In this document: piece by piece, positions 1 through 9,026 of the stretch
How positions within the stretch are numbered: the first letter of the stretch is position 1
How the letters are laid out: each line of letters starts with the position of its first letter
DNA from: a bacterium
Lineage (GTDB): Bacteria; RUG730; JAAEPJ01
Reading direction: 5' to 3'
Length of the DNA: 64,000 bases
NCBI GenBank assembly: GCA_024222485.1
Contig: JAAEPJ010000072.1
Span: 11,897-75,896 of the forward strand
Translations under genes and position numbers: made by a program
Notes under the pieces: model-generated
The model's input: only the letters and a program-made list of their open reading frames with translations
Told to the model about the DNA's origin: nothing
The model's database searches: none

Positions 1-795
1 TATGAGAGAAACAACTTTTCTAACCTTATTCATATCAACGATCTCACTATTATAATGCAGAACCGAACCTTGACTCAAAACAGCTAAAGTTTTATGAGCA
101 CTTTGCACTACTAAGTCAGCACCACATTGAATCGCAGAGCCAGGTAATTTTTTATTAAAACCAAGGTGGGCTCCATGTGCTTCATCTACCAGCAAAATCT
201 TACCTTGGTTATGCACTAGCTTAGCAATTTTTTCTAAATCAGTCATGATTCCATTGTAAGTCGGGTTGGTAATAAAAACAGCTTTTGCCTCAGGAAATTT
301 ATTAAGAGCATCCTCAATTTGCTCAGAAGATGAATCAAAAAAAACATCAAAATCACTATCAAGCTCAGGTTGAATCCAAATAGGCCAAACACCACTTAAA
401 ATAATTCCACTCATAGCAGACTTATGTGCATTCCGAGAAATAATTACAGAATCTCCAGGCTTAAAAGCTGCAAGAAACATCGCTTGATTACCCATACTAG
501 ATCCATTTAATAAAAAAAATGTTTTCTTTGCACCAACAAGCTCTGCATAAAGCTCTTGTCCTTCTTTTATACAACTAACAGGATCATGAAGCGAGTCTAC
601 TTCAGGAAAAACAGTTAAATCAACTTTAAAAGTATTATCACCTATAAAATCTTTAAAGGCTAAATCTATCCCTTGACCATTTTTATGTCCAGGAGTATGA
701 AAAGAAGTAACTTGTCTCTCTGCATGGGTTCTTATAACATCAAAAATAGGGGTTTTAAGTTGGTTTAATAATTTTTTCAATATTTTAAATCTCAT
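1..795 (-). CDS. Orn/Lys/Arg decarboxylase family protein (Bacillus SpeA-type arginine decarboxylase-like); N-terminal 265 codons only, C-terminus lies beyond the window edge
   Basis: Own translation of the minus strand from ATG at 795-793 gives MRFKILKKLLNQLKTPIFDVIRTHAERQVTSFHTPGHKNGQG...LVDEAHGAHLGF...LVVQSAHKTLAVLSQGSVLH. The FHxPGHKxG motif and the S-x-HK PLP-lysine motif are typical of this decarboxylase family. It lies directly downstream of speE/speD. Confidence 0.8.
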   Translation of the reverse strand, partial: MRFKILKKLLNQLKTPIFDVIRTHAERQVTSFHTPGHKNGQGIDLAFKDFIGDNTFKVDLTVFPEVDSLHDPVSCIKEGQELYAELVGAKKTFFLLNGSSMGNQAMFLAAFKPGDSVIISRNAHKSAMSGIILSGVWPIWIQPELDSDFDVFFDSSSEQIEDALNKFPEAKAVFITNPTYNGIMTDLEKIAKLVHNQGKILLVDEAHGAHLGFNKKLPGSAIQCGADLVVQSAHKTLAVLSQGSVLHYNSEIVDMNKVRKVVSLI

Positions 796-833
796 TATCT
801 TGGAGACAATAGACTATCTCTAAATTTTCAAAA

Positions 834-1763
834 TTACTTAAATAAAAAACAAGGGTTTTTATCCGTAATAATATTAACCTCATTAGCTAAAATATTTCTC
901 AAGTGCTTTGGCATACTAAACATCCGAAGATGTGCTCCTGAATCATAATACTTTAAATTATCAACAATTAATTTCTCCCCTAAAAATACTTCGATATTAT
1001 CAGAGAAAGCTAAAATATCTTGACTAGCATCATTAACTGCAATATTAAATCCCCATGGAATAATAAATGAAGGCACATAAGAAGAAAAAGGAATAACTTT
1101 AGCAAAAACCTCTTTAAGCGTTGCATTAATTGAAGAAAAGACTTTAAATCCAGGGATATCCCCAGGACCAGATTGTACAAGCAGCACACCTTTTTCCGTT
1201 AAATGTTTCTTTAAAATCTGATAAAACTCAATAGTATAAAGAAAGCAAGACGGTGACCCCTCAATAGGACAACATAAATCAGAAATAATAACATCAAACT
1301 TTGCATCATGATTAGCAAGGTAATCTTTCGCATCATTAATAACTAGAGTCGCCCGAGGATCATCAAAAGATCCCTGATGAAATATTTGTAAATACTTTCG
1401 ACAAAAGTCCACGACTTCTCCATCAATATCAACCATAACAACTTCTTCTAATGACTTATACTTTAAAACTTCCCTTAATGTTGCACCTTCACCACCACCA
1501 AGAATTAAAACTCGTTTTGGGTTAGGATGTAAAAGCATTGCTGGATGGACAATAGATTCATGATAAATATATTCATCTAACTCAGTTGATTGAACTTCTC
1601 CATCTAGAACCAGTGTTTTTTTATATGTTTCCATTTCTAATAACATTACTTTTTGAAAAGCGGTTTTTGTATTAATTAAAATATCTTTAATCTTATATGA
1701 ATGTTTTTCTTCAGAAGTAAACATTTCCTCAAGCCAATTATTTTTTATCATTGATCTCTCCAA
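834..1763 (-). CDS. speE: spermidine synthase (polyamine aminopropyltransferase), soluble form
   Basis: 309-aa ORF with LDGEVQSTELDEYIYHESIVHP and VLILGGGEGATLREVLKY motifs of the spermidine/spermine synthase family. It is flanked by speD and a decarboxylase. Confidence 0.9.
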   Translation of the reverse strand: MERSMIKNNWLEEMFTSEEKHSYKIKDILINTKTAFQKVMLLEMETYKKTLVLDGEVQSTELDEYIYHESIVHPAMLLHPNPKRVLILGGGEGATLREVLKYKSLEEVVMVDIDGEVVDFCRKYLQIFHQGSFDDPRATLVINDAKDYLANHDAKFDVIISDLCCPIEGSPSCFLYTIEFYQILKKHLTEKGVLLVQSGPGDIPGFKVFSSINATLKEVFAKVIPFSSYVPSFIIPWGFNIAVNDASQDILAFSDNIEVFLGEKLIVDNLKYYDSGAHLRMFSMPKHLRNILANEVNIITDKNPCFLFK

Positions 1764-1814
1764 TTAAATATATTTAAAAGCATATTCAGGATTCATATAC
1801 ACAAAAAATCATTA

Positions 1815-2207
1815 TTAAGAGGCATCTGGTTTATGCTTAATAACCACACCTTCTTTCGGACTCATAATGCCTCTCTTTATCTCCATAACACTAACATTTT
1901 TCGCCTCAAAAGCTTCCTCTAAAAACTCATATGCTTTCCAAGGTTGAACTTCATCTCCACAGGTATAAATATCCACGGAGGCAAGACCATATTCTGGCCA
2001 AGTGTGAATGGCCAAATGTGACTCTGCAATTACGATAACACCACTTACACCATAAGGGTTAAAAGAATGAAAAATAATATCCACAATCGTAGCACTTGTA
2101 GCTTTAGCAGCACCAACCATGGCCTTCTCTACAATCTTAACATTTCTAATTGAGTCTACATTACATTCATATAGTTCCGCAATAATATGTCTACCGAGAG
2201 ACTTCAT
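1815..2207 (-). CDS. speD: S-adenosylmethionine decarboxylase proenzyme (small pyruvoyl type)
   Basis: 130-aa ORF. The VIVIAESHLAIHTWPEYG segment contains the E-S self-cleavage site typical of the short bacterial/archaeal AdoMetDC class. Confidence 0.88.
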   Translation of the reverse strand: MKSLGRHIIAELYECNVDSIRNVKIVEKAMVGAAKATSATIVDIIFHSFNPYGVSGVIVIAESHLAIHTWPEYGLASVDIYTCGDEVQPWKAYEFLEEAFEAKNVSVMEIKRGIMSPKEGVVIKHKPDAS

Positions 2208-2239
2208 ACCCTTGTTTCTCCTTGAAAAAAAGATGATCT

Positions 2240-2267
2240 ATTTTAATAAATTTTTGATAATTGTCAA
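2240..2267 (-). promoter_or_regulatory. sigma70-like promoter candidate for the speD-speE-decarboxylase operon
   Basis: The minus strand reads TTGACA (2267-2262), a 16-nt spacer, then TAAAAT (2245-2240). This sits about 30 nt upstream of the GGAGAAACAAGGGTATG ribosome-binding site and start of speD. Confidence 0.55.
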
Positions 2268-2423
2268 GGAAAGTTATAGTAATTTTTAATTTATCAATAT
2301 AAAATACCAAAAAATCAAAAAAATTTATATAAAGGCTATCAATATTCCTATTTCTTACTGTTTCAGTCTATTTTTAAATAGCAATTAATCGTATCATAAT
2401 CATTAAAAAAGTTGCTCTTAAAT

Positions 2424-2456
2424 AAAAAGACAGTCTTGAAAGACTGCCTTTTTTAT
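2424..2456 (-). terminator. rho-independent (bidirectional-looking) terminator downstream of the ferredoxin gene
   Basis: aaaaaGACAGTCTTgaaAAGACTGCCtttttt: a 7-9 bp stem flanked by an A-run and a T-run, about 30 nt after the ferredoxin stop codon. Confidence 0.7.
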
Positions 2457-2486
2457 ATTTGCTCAAATTTTTCAAAATAGATCAAA

Positions 2487-2654
2487 TTAACCCTCAATAG
2501 CATCAACAGGACAAACGCCTTTGCACGCACTACAATCAACACAAATATCGGGATCAATTACTCTCATATTATCGCCTTCAGAAATTGCCTCTACTGGGCA
2601 TACACTTTCACATGCAGCACAGTTAATACAGTTGTCTAAAATGTTATGTGCCAT
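2487..2654 (-). CDS. 2x[4Fe-4S] ferredoxin (55 aa)
   Basis: Two CxxCxxCxxxCP motifs (CINCAACESVCP and CVDCSACKGVCP). I moved the start to the ATG at 2654, which is preceded by AAAGGAGTAAAA; the longer track ORF has no ribosome-binding site. Confidence 0.9.
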   Translation of the reverse strand: MAHNILDNCINCAACESVCPVEAISEGDNMRVIDPDICVDCSACKGVCPVDAIEG

Positions 2655-2759
2655 TTTTACTCCTTTTATAATTCTTAATTTATATATTACAGACAATCAT
2701 TCAATCATTAATAATGTCTTCCAATATCATATTTAAAATAGAAATGAAAATCAACTTAT

Positions 2760-4175
2760 TTAAACATTTAAGTAAAGATCTAAATATTCTTTCGCTGAAC
2801 TTTTCCAAGAAAAATCTTGTCTCATATTTTTTTTCACAAGTTCAAGCCAAGCTTTTTTATTATTATATAATTTAAGAGCTTTTTTTACTGCTAAAAAAAA
2901 TTCCATACTAGAATAGTCTCTCATTAAAAACCCATTCCCACCTAAAGCATAATCTTTCACCGTATCAAAGAGACCTCCGACAGGATTTACTACAGGAACC
3001 ACGCCATATCTAAAGCTTATCATTTGTGCTAAACCACATGGCTCAACTTGTGAGGGCATTAAAAAAATATCCGCTGCTGAATACACTCTATGTGCTAACT
3101 TAGAGTCAAACTTAATATTTATATTAACACGATTGCCATATTTCATATTTAAATACTTAAAAAAATTCTCATACTCCGAAGCACCTGTTCCCAGCACTAA
3201 TAAATTAATTATCTCATCTGAATCCAAAATATCCTCTAAAGTTTCACGAACAACATCAAACCCTTTAGCTCTGACAAAACGCGAGACTATTGCAAGAACA
3301 GGACCAGTAGAGGTAAAAAAATATTGTTGACATTTCTTTTTATTGTTTAAGTCATTTACGGAATAATTAGCGATAATCCTATGATCAGTTTCTGGATTCC
3401 AAATAAAATAGTCAATCCCATTTAAAATACCTCTTAAGTTAACCAACCTTAAAACCGAGTCTAAACCAGAACTTATCCAACTATTTGAGCTTATTTCTTG
3501 AGCATATTTTTTGCTAACAGTAGTGATAATATCACTATAAACTATCCCTGCTTTCAAACAGTTAATATTGTCAAAAAACTCTAACTTATGCATAGAAAAT
3601 TCAGACCAAGGAATATTAGCTATTTGCATAATTTTCTTATTAAAAATTCCTTGATATTCAATATTGTGGATTGTAAAAATCTTTTTAGTATCTTTGAAGA
3701 GCCTGTCTTTAGAATAGTATATTTTCAAATAGAGAGGAATAAGACCTGTTTGCCAATCATTATTATGCAAGATATCAGATTTAATTTCCAAAAACTTCAT
3801 GGCAATAATTACTGCCTGAGAGAAAAAAACAAATCTTTCTCCATTATCATAGTACGCGTCATTCTTGTCACCATATAAATATGATCGATTAAAATACCTA
3901 TTATGTTCTATAAAATATATCTTCACACCTTGAGTATTAATATACCGGCGAACAGCAAATCCTTCTCTCTTTTTCCCTACAATCACAAAAAGATCAATTT
4001 TTACTATTTCAGCTTTATAACGCTCAGTGTCCATAATTGTTGCATAGTAAGGCATAAAAACAGAAACATCATGCCCTAAATTAACCAAAGCATTAGGCAA
4101 AGAACCTGTCACATCGGCAAGACCACCTGTTTTAACGAAAGGAACTACTTCTGAGGAAACAAATGATATATTCAT
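2760..4175 (-). CDS. glgA: glycogen synthase (ADP-glucose type)
   Basis: 471-aa ORF with the N-terminal SEVVPFVKTGGLADVTGSLP signature (K-T-GGL) of GT5 starch/glycogen synthases. Confidence 0.9.
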   Translation of the reverse strand: MNISFVSSEVVPFVKTGGLADVTGSLPNALVNLGHDVSVFMPYYATIMDTERYKAEIVKIDLFVIVGKKREGFAVRRYINTQGVKIYFIEHNRYFNRSYLYGDKNDAYYDNGERFVFFSQAVIIAMKFLEIKSDILHNNDWQTGLIPLYLKIYYSKDRLFKDTKKIFTIHNIEYQGIFNKKIMQIANIPWSEFSMHKLEFFDNINCLKAGIVYSDIITTVSKKYAQEISSNSWISSGLDSVLRLVNLRGILNGIDYFIWNPETDHRIIANYSVNDLNNKKKCQQYFFTSTGPVLAIVSRFVRAKGFDVVRETLEDILDSDEIINLLVLGTGASEYENFFKYLNMKYGNRVNINIKFDSKLAHRVYSAADIFLMPSQVEPCGLAQMISFRYGVVPVVNPVGGLFDTVKDYALGGNGFLMRDYSSMEFFLAVKKALKLYNNKKAWLELVKKNMRQDFSWKSSAKEYLDLYLNV

Positions 4176-4211
4176 TCTTGATCTTCCACTATAAATAATC
4201 TACTAGTCAAT

Positions 4212-4964
4212 CTAAGAGTTCAAGGTTATTCCTACAGGGGCATGATCTGAGCCTAAAACATCCTGCAAAATAAACGCATCTATTACCTTTGAAATAAACT
4301 CTTCATTAACAAAAAAATAATCAATTCTCCAGCCAACATTCCGCTCTCTTGCCTTAAACCTATAAGACCACCAAGAGTAATTTTCTGGGTCTTTATTAAA
4401 GTATCTGAATGTATCAAAATACTTCATCTGTATAATTTTATCAAGCCAATCACGCTCAATACGCAAAAACCCAGAAGTATTTTCATTTTGTTTTGGTCTT
4501 GCAAGGTCAATCTCCTGATGTGCAGTATTATAGTCTCCACAAATGACTGTATCTTGCCCTTGCTTACGCAAATTTTGAATATACTCAAAAAGGTCCGCAT
4601 AAAAATTAAGTTTATAGTTTAACCTTTCTTCGTTTTTTTGTCCATTAGGAAAATAAACATTAAACAAAGTAAAGTTATCAAACCCAAGCTCTAAAATCCT
4701 CCCTTCAGAGTCTTTCCCTTTTTTAACATAATTTGGTTTTATTTTAGAAAAAACAGCGACACCACTGTAGCCTTTTTTCTCGGCAGGATTTAAAAGAATA
4801 TGATATTGAGAAAACTGTTCTAAAATTGTAGTTAAGTCTTCCTCCTTAGCTTTCATCTCTTGTAAGCAGATAATATCGGGGTTGTGTTTTTCAATAAAGT
4901 CAAGAAAACTTCCTTTTCTAATACAAGCTCTAAGACCATTAACATTCCAAGAAATTATACGCAT
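4212..4964 (-). CDS. xth: exodeoxyribonuclease III (AP endonuclease, EEP fold)
   Basis: 250-aa ORF with MRIISWNVNGLRA, ICLQEMK and a C-terminal GSDHAP motif, typical of Xth/ExoA. Confidence 0.9.
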   Translation of the reverse strand: MRIISWNVNGLRACIRKGSFLDFIEKHNPDIICLQEMKAKEEDLTTILEQFSQYHILLNPAEKKGYSGVAVFSKIKPNYVKKGKDSEGRILELGFDNFTLFNVYFPNGQKNEERLNYKLNFYADLFEYIQNLRKQGQDTVICGDYNTAHQEIDLARPKQNENTSGFLRIERDWLDKIIQMKYFDTFRYFNKDPENYSWWSYRFKARERNVGWRIDYFFVNEEFISKVIDAFILQDVLGSDHAPVGITLNS

Positions 4965-5039
4965 TTAATTTTCACTCATTAAAGCTTTCAAAGTTTTTAA
5001 AGACTTTAGAGGCTTTAAAAACTTTACTTTTTTATCTTC

Positions 5040-5091
5040 TTGCATTAAATTTTTTAGCTCACAAATTGCATTAAATTTTTTAGCTCACAAA
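5040..5091. repeat. perfect 2 x 26-bp tandem duplication at the 3' end of the DUF3276 gene
   Basis: ttgcattaaattttttagctcacaaa occurs at 5040-5065 and again, directly abutting, at 5066-5091. Confidence 0.97.
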
Positions 5092-5296
5092 ACAAAGTGG
5101 AAAATTCCTCAATATGCTCTGAAAAAACAACAATTCGATCACGCCTAAACCCCAAATCTTTGTTTTGTTTAGACTCTGTAATAACTAAATACCTTTCGCC
5201 AGTGGCATTCTCTTTTACATCAAAAAAATAAGTTCTCCTTCCTAACCTTATTTTATCTGAGTAAATATCCTTGTTCTTTTGTTTGTTATTCATCAT
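5054..5296 (-). CDS. PUR-alpha-like DUF3276 nucleic-acid-binding protein, C-terminus altered by the 26-bp duplication
   Basis: LGRRTYFFDVKENATGERYLVITESK matches the bacterial PUR-alpha-like repeat seen in Bacteroidota and spirochaete proteins. The start is set at the ATGATG preceded by GGAGATA; the track ORF starts further upstream inside radC. Confidence 0.7.
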   Translation of the reverse strand: MMNNKQKNKDIYSDKIRLGRRTYFFDVKENATGERYLVITESKQNKDLGFRRDRIVVFSEHIEEFSTLFCELKNLMQFVS

Positions 5297-5303
5297 TATC
5301 TCC

Positions 5304-6041
5304 TTATTCCTGATCGGAAACATCCCCATATTGAGCTATAAGTCCATGCTCCGTAAAGCTAAAAAAACTTGAATGATGAATAATCAAATGATCTAATAAA
5401 ATCACATCTATCAATTCAAGCATTAACTTAATTTTATTTGTAAATTCAATATCAAAGTCAGATGGTTCTAAATTCCCCGTCGGATGATTATGTGCTAAAA
5501 TAACTGCTACGGCATGATAATATAAAACACGCTCAACGACTTTACGTGGGTAAATAAAAACTTCGTTTGCAGTCCCTTCGGCTAAAACTTCAAAGCCAAC
5601 GACCTTATTATTACTGTTTAAAAAAATTATAACAAATTTTTCTTCTTTTTTATGCCCAATCAGTAGCTTCAAAAAGTTAAAAACTTTTTCTGAAGAATCT
5701 AAATACTGATCACAATTATTCGTCCCACTTTCTTTATTTTCGCTTAGAGTTTCTTCACTAATTTTAAGACAAAAATCTCTTAGAAAATGTAAAAAATTAC
5801 ATGCATACTCTCCGATTCCCTCGACTTCTTCTAAATATTGATTATCTGCGTTAATAACTCCATTTAAGGTTGAAAATTTAGACAAAAGTTTTTTTGCCAT
5901 AGGCTTAGTATCAACTCTTGGCAAACCATAGAAAAGAGCCATTTCTAAAATCTCATAATCATGCCAAGATTTAATTCCAGAAACGCGATATTTAGCTATG
6001 ATGCGTCGCCTATGCCCCTTAATGAGTTCAAAGTTATTCAT
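5304..6041 (-). CDS. radC: RadC family protein (HhH + JAB/MPN domain, UPF0758)
   Basis: 245-aa ORF with LILAHNHPTGNLEPSDFD (JAMM HxHxxxxxxxxxxD motif) and an N-terminal helix-hairpin-helix-like region. Its start overlaps the HAD gene stop as ATGA. Confidence 0.85.
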   Translation of the reverse strand: MNNFELIKGHRRRIIAKYRVSGIKSWHDYEILEMALFYGLPRVDTKPMAKKLLSKFSTLNGVINADNQYLEEVEGIGEYACNFLHFLRDFCLKISEETLSENKESGTNNCDQYLDSSEKVFNFLKLLIGHKKEEKFVIIFLNSNNKVVGFEVLAEGTANEVFIYPRKVVERVLYYHAVAVILAHNHPTGNLEPSDFDIEFTNKIKLMLELIDVILLDHLIIHHSSFFSFTEHGLIAQYGDVSDQE

Positions 6042-6703
6042 ATTTTCGTAGCCTGTAAAGAAAAATTTAGATGTTTTTTTATATATGCCAAGATTTCCCG
6101 ATAATCAAAATCCGTAACTTCAAACTCTGCTGCTCGTCGCACTGACTTAGATTTTGGACAAAAAGCTATCCCCAAACCTGCTTTCTTTAAAATTCCAACA
6201 TCATTATTACCATCACCTATCACAATTACTTCTTTGTAATTCACCCCTTCCTTTTTTAAATATTCATCCAAGACAACAACCTTATTGCTTACATTCACCT
6301 TAACCTCTCCAGTAAGCACCCCACCTTTAACCTCAATTTCATTAAAAAAAATATCATCAAAAATTTGTTTCAACTTTAAGGCTTCAGCGATAAACTGGAC
6401 CCCTGAAGAAATCGCTACTAACCTCAATCCTATCTTTTTAAACTCTTTAAGAACAAAAAATAGATTTGCAGGTGTTTTTAAATTTAAAAACAGTTTTTCT
6501 ATCTCAGCGACATCCGCACCTTTCCAATGCATAACCTCTAACTTACAAAACTCCTCATAAGTAATTTCACCTTTTAAAAAAACCTCCTTATATTTCTCTG
6601 TTAAATCTTTCCAAGTACTTAAATAGTGATGAATCGTTAACCAAGGGTTCGGATTATCTGTAAGTGTTCCATCAATATCAAACACTATTAGTTTATACCT
6701 CAT
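6038..6703 (-). CDS. HAD-superfamily phosphatase (phosphoserine phosphatase-like, subfamily IB)
   Basis: MRYKLIVFDIDGTLTD (DxDGT motif I) and a C-terminal VIGDGNNDVGILKKAG (motif IV). The start at 6703 forms an ATGA overlap with the rlmN stop. Confidence 0.8.
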   Translation of the reverse strand: MRYKLIVFDIDGTLTDNPNPWLTIHHYLSTWKDLTEKYKEVFLKGEITYEEFCKLEVMHWKGADVAEIEKLFLNLKTPANLFFVLKEFKKIGLRLVAISSGVQFIAEALKLKQIFDDIFFNEIEVKGGVLTGEVKVNVSNKVVVLDEYLKKEGVNYKEVIVIGDGNNDVGILKKAGLGIAFCPKSKSVRRAAEFEVTDFDYREILAYIKKHLNFSLQATKI

Positions 6704-7746
6704 TTTTTTAAACCTGCAAGTTGCCCACATGCAGCTTTTATATCTCTTCCCTTAGAATTCCTAACGGTAACATTTACTCTTTTTTCTAATAATTTATCCA
6801 AAAACTTATCAACATCCGTTTTCATTGGACGCCTTAAATGCTTTGAACTACTAACAGGAGAATATGGAATCAAATTAACTTTTGCTTTTAAAAATTTAGC
6901 AATTTCTGCTAACCCGCTAGCATCTTCAGCTTTATCATTAATATTCTTAAGCAAAATATACTCTATTGTAGGAATACGATGAGTTTTTTCATAATAATGT
7001 AAGACTGCTTTTAAAACTTGAGCAAGTGAATACTTAGATGCTACGGGCATAATACTTTTGCGTTTTTCTTGTGTCACTGCATGTAAAGACAGTGCAAGAT
7101 TGACTTGAATATTAAAGTTTTTAAGCCGTTCAATTCCAGGAATAATGCCATTGGTTGAAACAGTAATTCTGCGTGCGGCAATTCCTAGTTGATTTTTTGA
7201 ATTCATAATTTGAATAGATTGTTCAAGGTTGCTACAATTATCAAGTGGTTCCCCCATCCCCATGAAAACATAGTTATCTATTTTTACCTCTTCAATACAT
7301 TTTAGGTAAAAAACCTGCATTATAATCTCGCTAGCTACTAAATTCCTTGTAAACCCTCTTGCGCCACTGGCACAAAAAACACAGCCATATTTACAGCCTA
7401 CCTGTGTTGAAATACAGATCGTATTGCGTTTCTTAAAGCTAATTAAAACAGTTTCGATTAAGCGACCATCATGAAGCTCGAATAAGTACTTAGTTGCACC
7501 ATCTTCTGAGTGCTGTTTCTCAAGTAATTTAAAAGTGGGAAATCTAAAATTTTCATATAAAATTTCACGCTGAGAAACGGATAAATTTGTCATTAATCCA
7601 AAGTCTAGAGCACCTTTTTTATATATCCATTCAAAAATTTGTTTCGCACGATATTTTTGAATCCTTAGTCGTAAAAGCTCTCGCTCTAATTCATTAAGAC
7701 TCAAAAGAAAAATATCCTGTTTATTTTTACTATTCAAACTGTACAC
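6700..7746 (-). CDS. rlmN: 23S rRNA/tRNA adenine-C2 methyltransferase, radical SAM
   Basis: 348-aa ORF with YRAKQIFEWIYKKG at the N-terminus and a CKYGCVFCASG radical-SAM cluster motif. Confidence 0.9.
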   Translation of the reverse strand: MYSLNSKNKQDIFLLSLNELERELLRLRIQKYRAKQIFEWIYKKGALDFGLMTNLSVSQREILYENFRFPTFKLLEKQHSEDGATKYLFELHDGRLIETVLISFKKRNTICISTQVGCKYGCVFCASGARGFTRNLVASEIIMQVFYLKCIEEVKIDNYVFMGMGEPLDNCSNLEQSIQIMNSKNQLGIAARRITVSTNGIIPGIERLKNFNIQVNLALSLHAVTQEKRKSIMPVASKYSLAQVLKAVLHYYEKTHRIPTIEYILLKNINDKAEDASGLAEIAKFLKAKVNLIPYSPVSSSKHLRRPMKTDVDKFLDKLLEKRVNVTVRNSKGRDIKAACGQLAGLKK

Positions 7747-7995
7747 CCTATTTTATTTTTTTAATATAAATTATATAATAATCTTTTTATGGTTAATTTC
7801 AAAATTATTTTTTATTTTTTATTTTAAAAAATATTTATTTAACTTTATATTACCTAACAATAAAATTTTAACTTCACTATCTATCAGAAAAACACTATTA
7901 TTAATTAAGTAAAAAATTCAATTTAAAATAAAAATATACAGGAACATATATCCTTTATATTTTATTAAAAATAAATATAATTCAAGGAACTTATC

Positions 7996-8505
7996 ATGAG
8001 CAAAAAATTTGGATTTATCCTCCCTAACAACCTATTCCGAGATAAAGAATATTTTGAACCAAAAAATATTTTAGAAAATGCAGGAATTCAAGTAATAACA
8101 ATTTCTAAAGAGCTAAAACAATGTCATGGCAAACTTGGTGCTAAAGTAATACCTGAACTCACCCTAAAAAATATAAATATATCTAATTTTGCAGGCATAG
8201 CCTTTATAGGTGGTTCAGGAAGCAAAGAGTATTGGCATGATCCTTCAGCACACCAAATAGCACATCAAGCTTTTATTTTAGATAAAGTTTTAGCAGCAAT
8301 CTGTTCTGCCGTTGCAACTTTAGCTTTTACAGGACTGCTTACAAATAAACATGCCAATTCATTTCAAAGTGAGCGAACAATTTTAGAAAAATATGGGGCA
8401 ATTTTATCGAATGATGAATGTGTAGTTGATGGCAAAATAATAACAGCTAATGGACTAAAAGCTAGTAAAAAATTTGGAGAAAAAATTTTAAAACTCTTGA
8501 CATAA
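7996..8505 (+). CDS. DJ-1/PfpI family protein
   Basis: 169-aa ORF with AAICSAVATLA (nucleophile-elbow Cys) and an IAFIGGSG segment. It is one of only two intact plus-strand genes. Confidence 0.75.
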   Translation: MSKKFGFILPNNLFRDKEYFEPKNILENAGIQVITISKELKQCHGKLGAKVIPELTLKNINISNFAGIAFIGGSGSKEYWHDPSAHQIAHQAFILDKVLAAICSAVATLAFTGLLTNKHANSFQSERTILEKYGAILSNDECVVDGKIITANGLKASKKFGEKILKLLT

Positions 8506-8532
8506 AACAAAATAGATATTATTTTTAGCCCT

Positions 8533-9003
8533 TTAGCAAATCTCCTTATATAAATTCACCATTTCAATTGCTGCCATTGCAGCATCTACTCCTTTATTGC
8601 CAGACTTTGTTCCAGCTCTCTCAATCGCCTGCTCAATATTTTCAGTTGTTATAACACCAAAAATGACAGGAATACCAGACTCGAGTGCAACACTTGCTAC
8701 ACCTTTAGACACTTCACTCGCGACAAAATCAAAATGAGGCGTCGCACCACGAATGACTGCACCAAGACAAATAATTGCATCATATTTATGATTACCTGCT
8801 AACTTTTTAGCTATTAAAGGAATTTCGAATGCACCAGGCACCCAAATAACAGAAATATCAGAGGCATTGACCTCATGACGGACTAAAGCATCAATAGCAC
8901 CACTTAAAAGCTTATTAGAAATAAACTCATTAAACCTAGCAACAACAATTGCAATTTTTTGACCAGTACCAAGTAGCTTCCCTTCATATTTTTGCATATT
9001 CAC
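8533..9003 (-). CDS. ribH: 6,7-dimethyl-8-ribityllumazine synthase
   Basis: 156-aa ORF with [20 protein letters not shown] and [16 protein letters not shown] motifs. Confidence 0.93.
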   Translation of the reverse strand: MNMQKYEGKLLGTGQKIAIVVARFNEFISNKLLSGAIDALVRHEVNASDISVIWVPGAFEIPLIAKKLAGNHKYDAIICLGAVIRGATPHFDFVASEVSKGVASVALESGIPVIFGVITTENIEQAIERAGTKSGNKGVDAAMAAIEMVNLYKEIC

Positions 9004-9026
9004 CTCCTTAAGTCACATAATACTTT

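Noticed and set aside
2521-2736. Plus-strand 71-aa ORF opposite the ferredoxin gene. The same applies to similar antisense track ORFs at 3133-3330, 3588-3878, 6285-6560, 9628-9948, 10039-10308, 11075-11275, 14429-14623, 19236-19421, 21013-21222, 22271-22486, 24603-24851, 24874-25059, 25258-25461, 31686-31928, 32969-33250, 34605-34796, 41079-41420, 42947-43132, 43875-44111, 48912-49148, 50268-50714, 51982-52257, 56153-56353 and 62227-62454.
   Set aside because: Each lies entirely inside a long minus-strand gene with a clear family assignment. They have low-complexity or Ser/Leu/Ile/Phe/Lys-rich translations typical of shadow ORFs in AT-rich DNA, and they lack ribosome-binding sites.
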